A DNA stretch of 64,000 bases from Callorhinchus milii (Eukaryota). The notes under the pieces are model-generated. The model searched no databases. It had not been told where the DNA came from and was given only the letters and a program-made list of their open reading frames with translations. The DNA lies in assembly GCF_018977255.1 (NCBI RefSeq), contig NW_024704742.1:11348001-11412000 (forward strand). The letters are read 5' to 3'. The position numbers and the translations under genes were made by a program. This document shows positions 52,322-64,000 of the stretch, piece after piece (position 1 is the first letter of the stretch; each line of letters opens with the position of its first letter).

Positions 52322-52720
52322 AATAACAAGTTACAGTTGAATAGCACCTTTCACTTAGGAATTCATTTCCAAACCCTTGCGAAAGCTGATTTAGCGTGTG
52401 AGCAGGCGAGAACTAGCAGAGGAGCAGACTGAAAGAAGAGTCAGAAAGATGGATTTTTTGGTATTGAAGACACAGGGGGAGACAGGTGATGGAAGGAATT
52501 CAGAAGAGAGTTCAAGAGAACGAGGGCAAAGAATTGAAAGCTCGCCTGCTGATGGAGGGGGAAATGAAATGCTGATGGTGGGGGTGGGTGGGAATGAAGC
52601 TGATGAAGTAGGACGAGTAACTGGAACAGTTGGGATGTAGGAGATGACAGAGTTATGTGAGGGCAAGAATGTGTCGCATTGGAATATAAGCATTTCAGTG
52701 AGTAGGGGGTTTGTAATTAC
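52322..52720 (-). mobile_element. Old, degenerate L2 3' fragment
   Basis: aataacaag...tagcacctttca tail and purine-rich body colinear with other L2 3' ends. Confidence 0.55.
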
Positions 52721-53575
52721 AATTAAAGTGTTTGTTTCCCAACAGATCCAAGTCTTAATGAAGTGACTTTTGCTGCTTTTTAACAAGCCACTTGACAGCC
52801 AATGCTGTGCAAAAATCCATATTTGTCCAAACTCTCATGGCAATTTTCTTTCTTATCTAGGCACAATAAGACTGATTGGCTTACTTCTGTCCTGGAAACT
52901 TTTAAATACGTTATATTTCATCTTATTGGCCAAACATTTCATATCAGGAGTTATATGTGTCATCTCAATGTGATTTCCATACTTGCTAATTTGAACATTT
53001 GTGTTTTAATTGCAAAACAATCCAGCCTTTAGGAGCCTATCTGTCTGAAGTTTTTCCATTGACTTTCTGGTCTCAAAGGTTAATCCAAAAGATTCTGCAA
53101 AATAGTGCAGGATAGTGAGCTGCGAAGAGAGATGATTATATTTTAATGTTGCATTTCCTATAATGTAAAAAGAAGGTACCGCAATGAGCTCTTTACATTT
53201 GCATCTGCTAAAGTGGACACAATTAAAGTGGGTTCTCCTTGGAGCTGAAAAGGAATCCCAGAAATCTCACCAGATCAAAGCAGACAAGTTTGCAGCGATT
53301 CATGCCAAAATTGAGAGTTACATCTTTAGCACATCCAGCCAGAGCCCAAATTCAGGCGAGATTGGGTTTAGCTTTAAACCTCTTAAAATGTTACAATGCT
53401 GAGTGATTGCTATATCTTGAATGGACATCAGTCTTATTTGTGAGTTACATATTTCAGAAGTGTTGATTTCATCCAGGACACATCTGTTTAATTCTCCATT
53501 TTATTCACTAGCATTAATTGTTAGTGGGTGTGGGAGATGAACACCTGTTATTTGAGTGAACAACTGATTACGTGA

Positions 53576-54502
53576 AACAACAATAACAAAATTACATTTA
53601 TAGAGCGCCTTTCACATCGGGAGGACGTCCCAAAGCGCTGAATAGTCAGGAGTCGGGGCCCGAGCATGGGAGAGGGGTGAGGGAAGGCAGAGAGGTAGGA
53701 GGGAGACCAAAGGCACGGTTGAAGAGAGGGGTCTTGAGACCGACCTTGAAGAATGCGAGGGAGGAAGCGAGGCGAAGGGACTGTGGGATGGAGTTTCAGA
53801 ATGTGGGGGCAGAAAGGCTGAAAGCCCGGCCACCGATGGTAGGGCGGGTCAGGCGGGAGACATGGAGCAGTTCGGAGCCCGATGAACGGAGGGAGTGGGC
53901 AGGTTGGTAGGGAGTCAGCAGGACAGAGAGGTAGGAGGGGGCAAGGCTATGGATGGCCTTAATGGTGAGGACAAGGATCTTGAACTCGATCCTCTGGGGG
54001 ATGGGGAGCCAGTGGAGTCAGGCGAGGGTGGGAGTGATGGGGTCGTGGAGCCTGGTGCGTGAGAGTACAGGAACTGCAGAGTTTTGGATGATGATCTGCA
54101 GCTTGTGAAGGGAAGCGTTCAGAAGAGCCAATTAGGAAGGCGTTTCCGTAATCAATAATAATAATCCTTGCATTTTTATATAGCGCTTTTTACGTCGAGA
54201 GGACGTCCCAAAGCGCTTCACAGAACACACTGTAAAGTGAATTGACTGTATATTTGTGGACGAACGCGGCAGCCAATTGCACACAGCAATGTCCCACAAA
54301 CAGTCGTAGATTGAAAATGACCAATTTATTATTGTTTTTGGTTTTGGAGGGATTATTATTAGGCTCTGTGTGGAGTAAGGAAACTTGCCCAAGGTTTCGC
54401 CCTCTGCCTGGAATTGAACTCAGGTCTCTCGCTTGCAAAGCGAGTGCTCTAACCACTGAGCTACAGGACTCCACTTCAAGCCTTGAATTGACAATTTATT
54501 TT
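53576..54502 (-). mobile_element. L2 3' fragment interrupted by a SINE
   Basis: VNSRL|DYGNAFLIG...HKLQ reading rejoins across the SINE; L2 tail at 53576. Confidence 0.9.
54154..54472 (-). mobile_element. tRNA-Ala SINE, full length, young short subfamily
   Basis: Nearly identical to 28574-28894. Confidence 0.96.
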
Positions 54503-56269
54503 GTTACTTTTACTACCATCTTCTCCTTAACTGTAGTGTTAGATATGGAGGATTGTGAAGTACATTTCACTGAATCAACATAAAAGGAGCTGAGGATTAG
54601 ATGCTAACATTGGACCCTTTTAGTTACTCTTGGGTTCTTTAGCTATTATTTTTAATCTAATGTATATGATTTGTGATTTCTTGTTGAAAAAATACAAGAG
54701 TCTGATTGAACTTCACTTACTTTTTAAATATAAAAAAGTAAAAATAACCAGAGATTCTGCACAAAATAGTGTAGAATAGTAGTTATTGAGTCGGGTGTTC
54801 TTACCATTTTTTTTCTCTCCACTCCCTTCCCACCGTTCTGCAAATCAGAGTGATATAGCATCTGAAACCAGGTGTTCAATCAGTCTTATGTCAATAGCCT
54901 GTCAAACACAGTGACGTCATTACAGGCTACTCAGCCCAAGGCCTTTGGGCTCAAGAAGGCAGATGTGCTGATGTAATTGACATTAGCGGTAGTAGGTAGG
55001 GGAAGGTTGTGGTCTCTTTGATTCCGAATGCGATACCATTTATGTCAAACAAGTTGGGTAAAAATATTTGGAAACTAATTCATAGCAAATCAAACTGGTC
55101 CAAAAGCCAAACAAGGTATTGTTATATAGCGCCTCATTATAAACTCCAAATATTTAATAGGATACAACTTGGAAACGTATGGGTGAGGACCAACAGCCTG
55201 TGTCGTAGCATTTAATAACGGAGAAACAGGGATGGAATGCACAAAAACCCTGAAGCTATTGCTTGTTGAGTTTAATCTCTTGGTCCATTACAGATGTTAA
55301 GAAGAGTGTATTTCATTTTAAATAGATGACACTATAAATCGGGAATACTTCAGGTAGATCTCAGTGTGATGCTGTTGATGGCTGCTGTAGAGCCGTAAAG
55401 GTAACTGATGAACAGAAGGAGTAAATTGATATGATTTATATTGTGGCTTTGAAATGCAGCCTTTTTGGGTTAATTGTAACTTTTAATTTTCACATTTGGT
55501 CACATAGCAAGCAGCATGATGGATGTATTGCCCAGTATTGGGCAGCTTGCAATATTTTATCTTGTTTAGTTTAATGAAGATGGTTTGTTTTGAGACACAA
55601 TGATCAGTTGATTTAGTTCGAGTCCACAGGAAAATTGGAGAACTTTTTTTCTTTGTCCTTTGCTCACCTTTGGAAATTTAATATCTGAATACTGTGCTTT
55701 GGCTATTATTTCAGTACGTGTTTTAGGCTTCCATGTACTTAGTGTTAATTCAATGTATTGCAAATTTGGACCAAAGTGTTAAACTTTATTGGTTGAAAAG
55801 CCATTTCTGGGTGACAATTAATCTTGGTTCTGACTCAGAAAAAACACAATTGCAGACAATAGAAAGGAGGACACCAATATTGCTCATAAATGGCAAAAGC
55901 TTAAAACTACTGCCATTTTTTCCCTTTATTTATTTTCTTTTTCTCCCAGTTTTGTTTCTTGTGGTCTTTGTACTTAGGTAAAGGAGACATGTTAGTGTTG
56001 GAAAATGGAGCACATTCCCACTTTGCAAGGGCTGCTGTCAGTCAAAACCTTTACTTGCTCAAACTAAGTGACATTGATTTCCTTTGGTAAATTATTTTCC
56101 CCCTTCCCTTTTAGGTTGGTGAATTATTAGTTACTCATTAAGTTTAGAGATTTTAATCCTGGAAATGAAACACATTTCCATTTTGATTACTGGTGTGTGT
56201 ATCCAGCAGAACTATTGTGGGTCTAACTCTGTTAGTGATAGAATAAAGCTCTCTTTGCTCCAGCACCAA

Positions 56270-56780
56270 CATAGACGTTTACAGCAAAGCAGCTAATTTA
56301 GCCAATTGTGTCTGTCTGGCTCTGAACAAGCAATCCATTCAATCCCATTTACCTGCCTTTTACCATACCCCACAAATTATTCCCTTTTAGATATGTATCT
56401 AGTTTTCTCTTGAAAGCTTTTATGGATTCTGTCTTGACCAACACATCTGGCAGGGCGTGCCACATCCTAATAACCCAATTTTTAAACAAATTCCAAATAA
56501 TTCCGCCTTTTGCTTGTTTGGTAATTACCTTCAATTGATGCCCTCTGGTCACTGACTCACCGACCAGTGGAAATGATTTCTCCCTCTCGACTCTTAATTT
56601 TAAATCATTTATCCTCTAACCTTCTCTACTCCACTGAAAATGGGCCTATTGCACCTAGGTCAAACAACTCACATCCCTGGTGTCATCCTAGAAAATCTCT
56701 TCTGCATCCTCTCTCACCCTGATATCCTTCTTGAAGTGGGGTGACTAAAGCTGGACACAGTATTCTTAGCTGTGATCTAA
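56270..56780 (-). mobile_element. CR1 3' fragment (degenerate)
   Basis: TRGHQLK...WHALPD...FKRKLDTYL. Confidence 0.85.
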
Positions 56781-58149
56781 CGAACCCGTTCTACAACATT
56801 TCCTGGACTCATCTGTCTCTCCAGTGTTTTCCCTGAGTGAGTTCATCGATTTAGCCCCAAAATTGCAGAAGACCTCTCTATTTTTAAAACAGTTTGCGAT
56901 CAAGAATGTAGTGTAACGCTTAATGATGCGTATTAAGTGGTCAGTTTCCAAACTGCATTTTGGAGGAGAACACTAAATGGTGCTAAGCTTTTGAACGATA
57001 TTAAGGGTTATGGCACTGTTGGTATATTTCCCCTCAAATCACTTTTTTTCTTAATCAGCCATGCCTTTCTACGCTCCCAACATGTCATCATTCCACTAAT
57101 GAGAACACAGAACAAATGTCAGTGCCTCAACTGGCCATTGGAAATGCAAAAAGAGCATCAGGGCTTGAACTGTTTCAAACCAGCTTGTTTTTGTTTTCTG
57201 TGGTGAAGAACATTATCTTCATTCACTGCCATAGTGTTTTATGGTGACTGGACCAAATATTAGGATTCTGTTTCAAAGAGAGTTTAACTTAGCAAAAGTA
57301 TGATGTTTTAGTGATTTTTTATTTTTTGAATTGCTTCAGAAAATGAAGGGCTTCTGTGCTGACCATGTAAAGTGAACTTCTATTCAGATGAGAGAAACAA
57401 ACTGAAGTGTGTAACAGCTGTGGATTTTCGTGTCACTCATTTCTGTAACCTTTGCTGATGTGTGCAGGTTGTTGGTTAATAGCCCTGAATCATAGTCCAT
57501 ATTTGTATGAGTGTGCTTTGTGTGTGTATCTCTTCCTCTGCCTCTCTCTAGGAGAGTATATGGGTGGTCTATACCTCCAAAGGATGATTGGCTGTGGAGT
57601 GTACAGATTTTCAACATAGCTGTATGCTTACAAGGACTTCCTTTCCATTTGGCAGTGAGTTTTGAGATTTTCTACAGCCAATTTTCCTTCTGGTCCCTTG
57701 CTTTGTATGTGCACCAGATTCCAGCAAATTTATGTACAACTGCGTTTATTGGTTAATATTTCTGCAAATGTTTTCAGACTCTGCGGATACTCAGCTTCTC
57801 ACTAGATAGGGGACTTCCTCATAATAATTGGGAGGTTCAATTTCTGGAATAGATTGTCTGCATTTGTGAAAGAAAGAGTGTGTGATTATTCCACGCATAT
57901 TTCTTTTGTGCGGAAACTTGGGGGATCCCCTTTGACTTGCAACACAGACAAATGATTGAAAACGTAGGGTCGATTGTTCAATTGATCATCATTGTTGTAT
58001 ATTTCACAGAGCGGCTTTTCAATTTAACCTTGATCCAAAACTGAGTGAGATGGGAGTGCTGTTAATATTCTCCTCGCTTCTCTTTGATGATCGAGTCTTC
58101 TCTGTTTTTCTCTTCCAGTTTTAAACGAGCAATCAAGGTGACTGAAGGA

Positions 58150-58276
58150 ATGTGGCGTAGAAGCCGTGCCTGGAGCTCACCTGGCAACGCTTGCCAAGCA
58201 TTTGGACCTTTCTGTACGGTCATGTGGACCCCACAGCTGTTCCTGACACTGCTTGTGGGAGCAGCAGCAGTGACTG
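58150..58276 (+). CDS. Probable first coding exon (exon 58119-58276) of a secreted or cell-surface protein, encoding a signal peptide
   Basis: Pyrimidine tract and acceptor tcttctctgtttttctcttccAG end at 58118. In-frame ATGs at 58150 and 58222, both with G at -3. Peptide MWRRSRAWSSPGNACQAFGPFCTVMWTPQLFLTLLVGAAAVT has a hydrophobic core ending in small residues. Canonical donor G|GTAAGT at 58277, phase 1. Sequence is not repeat-like. Confidence 0.7.
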
Positions 58277-58559
58277 GTAAGTTCCAAGATATTTTTACAC
58301 ATAGGGAAATGAAAGCCTCTGAGCCATTTCATTGAAGGTCAAGGAGATACTCAAGTTGAATTGTATCGCCCGATGTACAGTAAATAAGATCCCAACGTGC
58401 AGTCAAAATATCCAAAGCTTTCTTCAATACCTTTGAGGTCCAAACGTTCACTCAGACTTAGTCTGCAGTACTTTTTTAAAAAAAATTAAAATGCAGATAT
58501 GTGGAAAGTTCTTATCTTCAGGCTTGATTTGGAAGCAACAGCAGACCAGATCTGTGCAT

Positions 58560-58790
58560 CGAATCTTTTCCGAAGTGTTGAAGAATTGTAACAGCTCACC
58601 ATGAGAGTGATTTGGTTGACAACAGAACTTGGAGCTCTGGTAATGGGGAAAGATTGGAGGAGCTGATCTTCTTCTCAATGGTGAAATGATTGAGGGGGAT
58701 AGGATCCAGGATTCTGTAATGCTGAGATGCAGAGAAAATGCAAATTTAAGAGGGTAACTTGAGTTGGACAATGAGAGAAGAACCTGAAAG
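58560..58790 (+). mobile_element. Very degenerate CR1 RT C-terminal remnant
   Basis: ggattctgtaatgctgagatgcagag...atttaagagggtaacttga resembles the WN.LP..FK..LD region. Confidence 0.4.
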
Positions 58791-58959
58791 ATTAAAAAGA
58801 AGCAACCAGTTGAACACCTCCCTCACCCCCTAAGTAGCCTTGATGGGCCAAATGCATGTTCCTTTTTCTTTATTTATACTCTTTGCTTTTTTTGGTTGAT
58901 TTTGACATTCAGTTCTCTCACATGTGAACATGCTTTTTCCTGCTATGTTGGGCAAGCAG

Positions 58960-59176
58960 TAAACCTGTGGAACAGGCTCCCTAGGGAGACGGTTGAACCA
59001 GGAAATGTTGATTTCTTCATCACAGATTAGATAGTTTTCTTTTAGGAAATAACATGTTGGGATATAGTACATAGGTAGTTAGGGACATATGTGCATGCGA
59101 CCGCCAGGAAAGTGGAAGGCGAACAAGATGGACCTTGGTCATTTTTTCATCTAGCATTTCTTATGTTCTTACGTTC
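58960..59176 (+). mobile_element. Old CR1 3' end
   Basis: aacctgtggaacaggctccct...ttcttatgttcttacgttc tail. Confidence 0.6.
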
Positions 59177-60427
59177 GTATGTATAAATGAATCTTTTGCT
59201 TTCCCACCTACCCCATGGACCAATGGTAAGTAGAAGCACAGGTACCAGTCTTCCCAGATATCTGTGAGCGCTGATGTGAGGAGGTCTAACAGAGGTGTCA
59301 GTTAAGATCTTGGGATTGGTGACACATTCTATGTTTTCCTTACTCACAAACAGCATTGCTGAGATAAACAACTTTAAATTACTGAAGGAGTGCCCTCCAT
59401 ATGTCCTCTGCAGTGAATTGGTGCTATGCTAAGGGTCGCTTGGTCAAAAACCAATTGTTTGTTTAAAGTACAACAATAGCAAAGGTCTGCTGGCATTAGC
59501 GAGCTGCACATTGGAGCATATCAGGGTTTTTAATAATTTCCATATGTGATAGTCTTTGCATCCTGTGTTGGAATGAGACCACGCATCTCTGGTGTGGAAA
59601 AACCTCTTTCTCCCCACCCGCTCCACCCCCCACCCATTTCTGGCTATTCTTTATAGTCTGTTGCTCCAGCTTGCATGACAGTTATGAACTGCTTGAGCTC
59701 TGTTGTTGTGGTTTGATGTTGTCACCTGAATCCCTTGATCTCAGATTAATTCACTGTAATCAGTCTGTCAAGCAGCCATTATTTTCCAAGCAACGTGCCC
59801 TGATTCAGTCTCTTGTCTGCCAGCAATGACAGCTGATACTAAGGGTATGATTCATGCTCAGATGAAAGCTCAGAAAAACGACATCAAATGTGCATTAAGG
59901 CTTAGTTTCAGTCCTCAGGCATCTTGGATGTAAAGTGAAAGTCCACTGATCTATTAACATACAAATTCAATTTTTTTTACATACTCCCCACAAGCAATCA
60001 GATGCTGGGAGAAGCTGTGTAAAGGAGTGATGTCAGCGCTGATGAAAATTGAGCAATTCTTGCTGGCTTCCTTTTATTCCTGTAAACTTACACTTGCCCA
60101 ATTAAGTAAGCCACAACATTAATTTAAATGCCGAGATACCCTGAAAAATTAAAGGAAGTGGCCCGCCCCTGTAGTTTCTGCAGTTAGATTTTTATTTCAG
60201 GGCTATTAATGTGTTGATTTGTGATGTTTAGTAAAGTCTCATGATGCTCACATAAGAGATTTAGAGAAGGCATTCACAACCCAGATTGCTACATCAAGAA
60301 TAGCCACTTGGTTGGGATAACAGTCTTCTTCTGCCTTGTCTCACTGCCCTTTCTGAAAGATTGGGGAGAAATTCAGGGGGGAGCAGGAACAAGTAATCAA
60401 GCATTGCTTCCCACTCGCAAACCTTGT

Positions 60428-60732
60428 GGACTCCTGTAGCTTAGTGGTTAGAGCACTCGCCTCGCAACCAAGAGACCTGTGTTCGATTCCCAGCAGGGCG
60501 AAACATTGGACAAGTTTCCTTACTCCACACACTTCTGTTTACCTAGCAGTAAGTAGGAACCCCAGTTTTTAGTTGATTGGCGGATCGTTTTTCCGGCCAT
60601 AATAATTCCTTCAAAATAAAATTTTGCCCACAAACATACAGTCAATTCACTTTACAGTATATTCTGTGAAGTGCTTAGAGACGTCGCAACGACATGATAA
60701 GGCACTATATCAAATGCAAGGATTATTATTAT
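60428..60732 (+). mobile_element. tRNA-Ala SINE, long subfamily, internal deletion
   Basis: Head, central segment and tail. Confidence 0.92.
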
Positions 60733-61050
60733 AAGCTATCATCAATGTGTGAAAGCCCTTCAACATTGTCACATTGGTAGATCAAAAATGATTGGATTTT
60801 TGTCATTGTCAAAACATTGAAAAATGATCCTGTCTTTAGATTGTCTGACGATCGAATTCAGATTTTCCTCAGTAAACTTGCAGTAATGATGGCAGAATTC
60901 AGTGTGAATTTAATCACACATCAATAACACACTCTTAGCACTCAGAGCGAATGTGTTGGCAGTGGGTGTCAGCACTTTCACTCGCTAAATGGAATAAATC
61001 TATTGAATGGAAGGAATGTAGAGTAAAGCTGAGTGGAATAAGTTGAGAGT

Positions 61051-61217
61051 AGTAATAATAATAATCCTTGCATTTGATATAGTCTTATCAAGTCTTCGAG
61101 AAATCTCAAAGTACTCCACAGAATATACTGTAAAGTGAGTTGACTGCATATTTTGTAGGGCAGCCAATTGCACACAGCAGTGTCCCACAAACAGTTGTGG
61201 TTTTAAGTGACCAATTT
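61051..61217 (-). mobile_element. tRNA-Ala SINE 3' fragment
   Basis: Family tail and body. Confidence 0.85.
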
Positions 61218-61726
61218 AATGTAGTCAAGCGGTTCAAATGATTGAATGAATCACTTGAGCTGCAATCGTTCGGTTGTCAGTGATTCCGTGATTGGATCAC
61301 TCTTTGGAATAGCTCCATTATATACGTTATTCATTTCCTGAAATTTAATTTTCTAAGTGTTGAAATACTTTAAAATCTTTTCAGTGGTTACATTTTAAAA
61401 CCCCACAGAACTGATCTGATTCATAGTATTTTAACTGCAGTTCCTATTTTACTAAAGAGGACAATGCTTGTTTTGCCGATCAAGAGGAGATGATTTTAGT
61501 TCTTTAACTGCTTCACCTTTTTGTTCCAGCCCTTTTGCTAATCCCACCCCTTTCCTGTCACTTTGTTAATCTCCTCCGAAGCTCTGAAATAATCATTTTT
61601 GATACAAAGAGAATCTTATAAAATAGTTGCTTTAGTCAATAAACAATAACTGCTTATTTTCCTTATTTTTTCTCTCAGCCCCCTCTACCCCTCCAAAACA
61701 GGTGTTCTGTATGTCCTGTCCTATCA

Positions 61727-61766
61727 TGTCTGTCTGTCTGTCTGTCTGTGTGTCTGTGTGTGTGTC
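61727..61766. repeat. (TGTC)n/(TG)n compound microsatellite
   Basis: Direct observation. Confidence 0.85.
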
Positions 61767-61782
61767 CATCTTAGTTAACTTT

Positions 61783-62535
61783 AATAATAATCCTTGTATT
61801 TTATATAGTGTTTTTGATTTTGGGAGAACATCCCAAAGCACTTCACAGGATACAGTGTGAAGTGGAGTCACTGTGTATTCGTGGGGAAACCTGGCAGCCA
61901 ATTTCGCACGTAACAATATCTCACTAACAGTCATAAAATTAATGATCACTTTTATTTTGTTGGCCTGGACACCAGGAGAAACTCCCTTCCCTTTTCGAAT
62001 TGTGCCATGAGATCTTTAGCATCCACAACAACAACAAAATGACATTTATAGAGCGCCTTTCACGTCAGGAGGATGTCCCAAAGCGCTTAACAGTCAGGGA
62101 TCGGGACCCGAGCATGGGGGTGTAGGAGTGAGGGAAGGCAGAGAGGTGGGAGGGAGACCAAAAGCATGATCGAAGAGAAGGGTCTTGAAGCCAGCCTTGA
62201 AGGAGGCAAGGGAGGAATCGAGGTGAAGGGACCGTGGGATGGAGTTCCAGAGTGAGGGGGCAGAGAGGCTGAAACCCCGGCCACCGATGGTAGGGCAGGT
62301 TGGGTGGGAGACATGGAGCAGGCCGGAGCCTGCTGAACTGAGGGAGCGGGCAGGTTGGTAGGGAGTCAGCATCCACATGAACAGTCAAACAGGATCTCGT
62401 TTTAACTTATGATCCGAAGGATGGCACCTCCAGCACTGCTTTAGACTATGTGAGTTCAACTCCCTGACATGGGACTCAAACCTGCAACCTTCTGACTCAG
62501 AGGCAAGCATGCTCCCACTGAGCCGAGCTTGGCTT
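61783..62535 (-). mobile_element. Deu-domain SINE, near full length, split by an L2 stub
   Basis: Tail at 61783; core gtgccatgagatctttagcatccac | ...tccgaaggatggcacctcc; head to 62535. Confidence 0.8.
62028..62367 (-). mobile_element. L2 3' fragment
   Basis: LWNSIP...FKAGFKTLLF; flanking duplication agcatccaca at 62018-62027 / 62368-62377. Confidence 0.93.
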
Positions 62536-62567
62536 CTCTTTAGAAGTTTTTTTAAAAAAGCATTGCA

Positions 62568-62680
62568 ATAATAATGATCCTTGCATTTGATTTTGTGCCT
62601 TTCATGTCAGGAAGATGACTGGAAGTACTTCACAGGGTATACTGTAAAGTGTAGTGACTGTGTTATTGTTTAAGGCAAAC
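62568..62680 (-). mobile_element. SINE 3' stub
   Basis: Family tail. Confidence 0.7.
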
Positions 62681-62837
62681 ACAGTTTAAGTGTGTTGGAG
62701 GGGGATGAATTCACCCGTGTGTTGAATGCTGATTATTGTAGACTATTGACTATGATAATTATCACATTCCATATTAGAATTTTTAAGAATATTTGAAATT
62801 ACAGTGCACTGCAGAGGAAGTTTACCTTAAATATTGC

Positions 62838-62998
62838 TAATAATAATCCTTGGATTTGATATAGCGCCTCATCACGTCTTCTAGATATCTCAAAGCGCTT
62901 CACAGGATATACTGTAAAGTGAATTGACTATGTCTTTTTTGCGGGCGAAACTCGGCAGCTAATTGCGCACAGCAGTGTCCCGCAAACAGTCATGGATA
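62838..62998 (-). mobile_element. tRNA-Ala SINE 3' fragment
   Basis: Family tail and body. Confidence 0.85.
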
Positions 62999-63689
62999 AT
63001 CTAATAGTATTTGAATAATATAATTTCAGCTCGGCGAGGATTTGTTTATTTTGCAATGGAAAATGGATGTCATCTGTCTGAAGAACTCAGCCTACTTTAT
63101 TGTTCTTCTGGTCAACCTGCCTATCTTAGTGTTTTAGTGAGGGTGAATTAAGATTTAGCAGCAGAAACATTTCAAGGCTGAATGACTAGAAGGGAGATTT
63201 CAATCTTATTTCTAATGCTGCTTGATGACAACAATATAAAGAGTAGTGGTCCAAAAGTGGATTGAATGGAGGGTTAATTTACATTACCTACTTGAATTTA
63301 CATTATTCTGTTTAATGGACTTCCAAGTATATTTTTTAGTGAAATATTTTATCACCTCAATTGGAAATGTAGGGAAAGCCAGAGATAGCTGCTGAAATCT
63401 CCATTTTATTGCTACTGTGTTTGCTTACAGAAACTGCTTATTTACAGAACAATTTACTATTTATATAGCACCTTTCATGTTTCTAAGCTCTTGACAATGG
63501 CAGCTGGGTACCTGAACTGAGTGTGGGGGCTCGGATAGAGAAGAAGGGAAAGATGACCGAAGGTGAAGTTGTTCAGTAGTTGTTCAATTCTTGTAAGTTT
63601 ACTTTTCTGGAGTTTACTTTTTCTGACCCGATTTTCACGCAAGGTCATTTTATTGCTGCCAGTACTACCCAAATGCCACCTGAATCAAA

Positions 63690-63930
63690 GTTAAGATAAA
63701 TCGGTCTCTGGAGATGTCACTTCATTGCAATGTGCACCATAAGATCTTCTTTCACATTCTTTTCTAATGTGAAATGTAGGAACTGATTTTGTAGATGAAC
63801 ATGGCAGGCATTTACTGCACAGCCAAGCTCATTCAAACTGCCTGAAGGTGAATGACTAATTAATCTGGAGGATTGTTGGCCAGGACGCCAGGAAACAAAG
63901 CTCTTTTCTTTTCAAATAGTGCCACAGGAT
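63690..63930 (-). mobile_element. Deu-domain SINE remnant
   Basis: ggattgttggccaggacgccagg...caaatagtgcca. Confidence 0.6.
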
Positions 63931-64000
63931 TTGGATTGGATGAAGAAGGTCCTTCTGCCTATTTGATCTCATGCTTCCAGAATACCCACTACTGTCTTCC

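Noticed and set aside
1..64000. Excess of minus-strand SINE/LINE copies relative to the + strand exon
   Set aside because: Only a mild skew by rough count (about 20 versus 13 SINE pieces); too few to claim.

Overview
This is eukaryotic vertebrate genomic DNA. The repeat content suggests a cartilaginous fish, probably a holocephalan such as elephant shark, but that is inference. The window looks like one very long intron or 5' region densely filled with dead retroelements: about 30 copies or fragments of a tRNA-Ala-derived SINE in two subfamilies, older Deu-domain SINEs, a second ancient SINE-like repeat, L2 LINEs (two long copies, many 3' stubs) and CR1 LINEs (one spanning ORF1-esterase plus ORF2 with an internal deletion). 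There is also a non-autonomous Helitron (30863-31546) and a fold-back/MITE-like element (9080-9430). The only convincing host-gene feature is a + strand exon at 58119-58276 encoding a signal-peptide-like N-terminus and ending in a phase-1 GTAAGT donor. Nearly all long ORFs in the six-frame track are LINE remnants or chance readings of repeats. I found no intact autonomous element, real tRNA/rRNA or CRISPR, and no clearly novel multi-gene system. The most interesting signals are the exon, the Helitron, the hairpin elements, a SINE/L2 shared tail and multi-level nesting. Coordinates were read by eye; degenerate ends are approximate.
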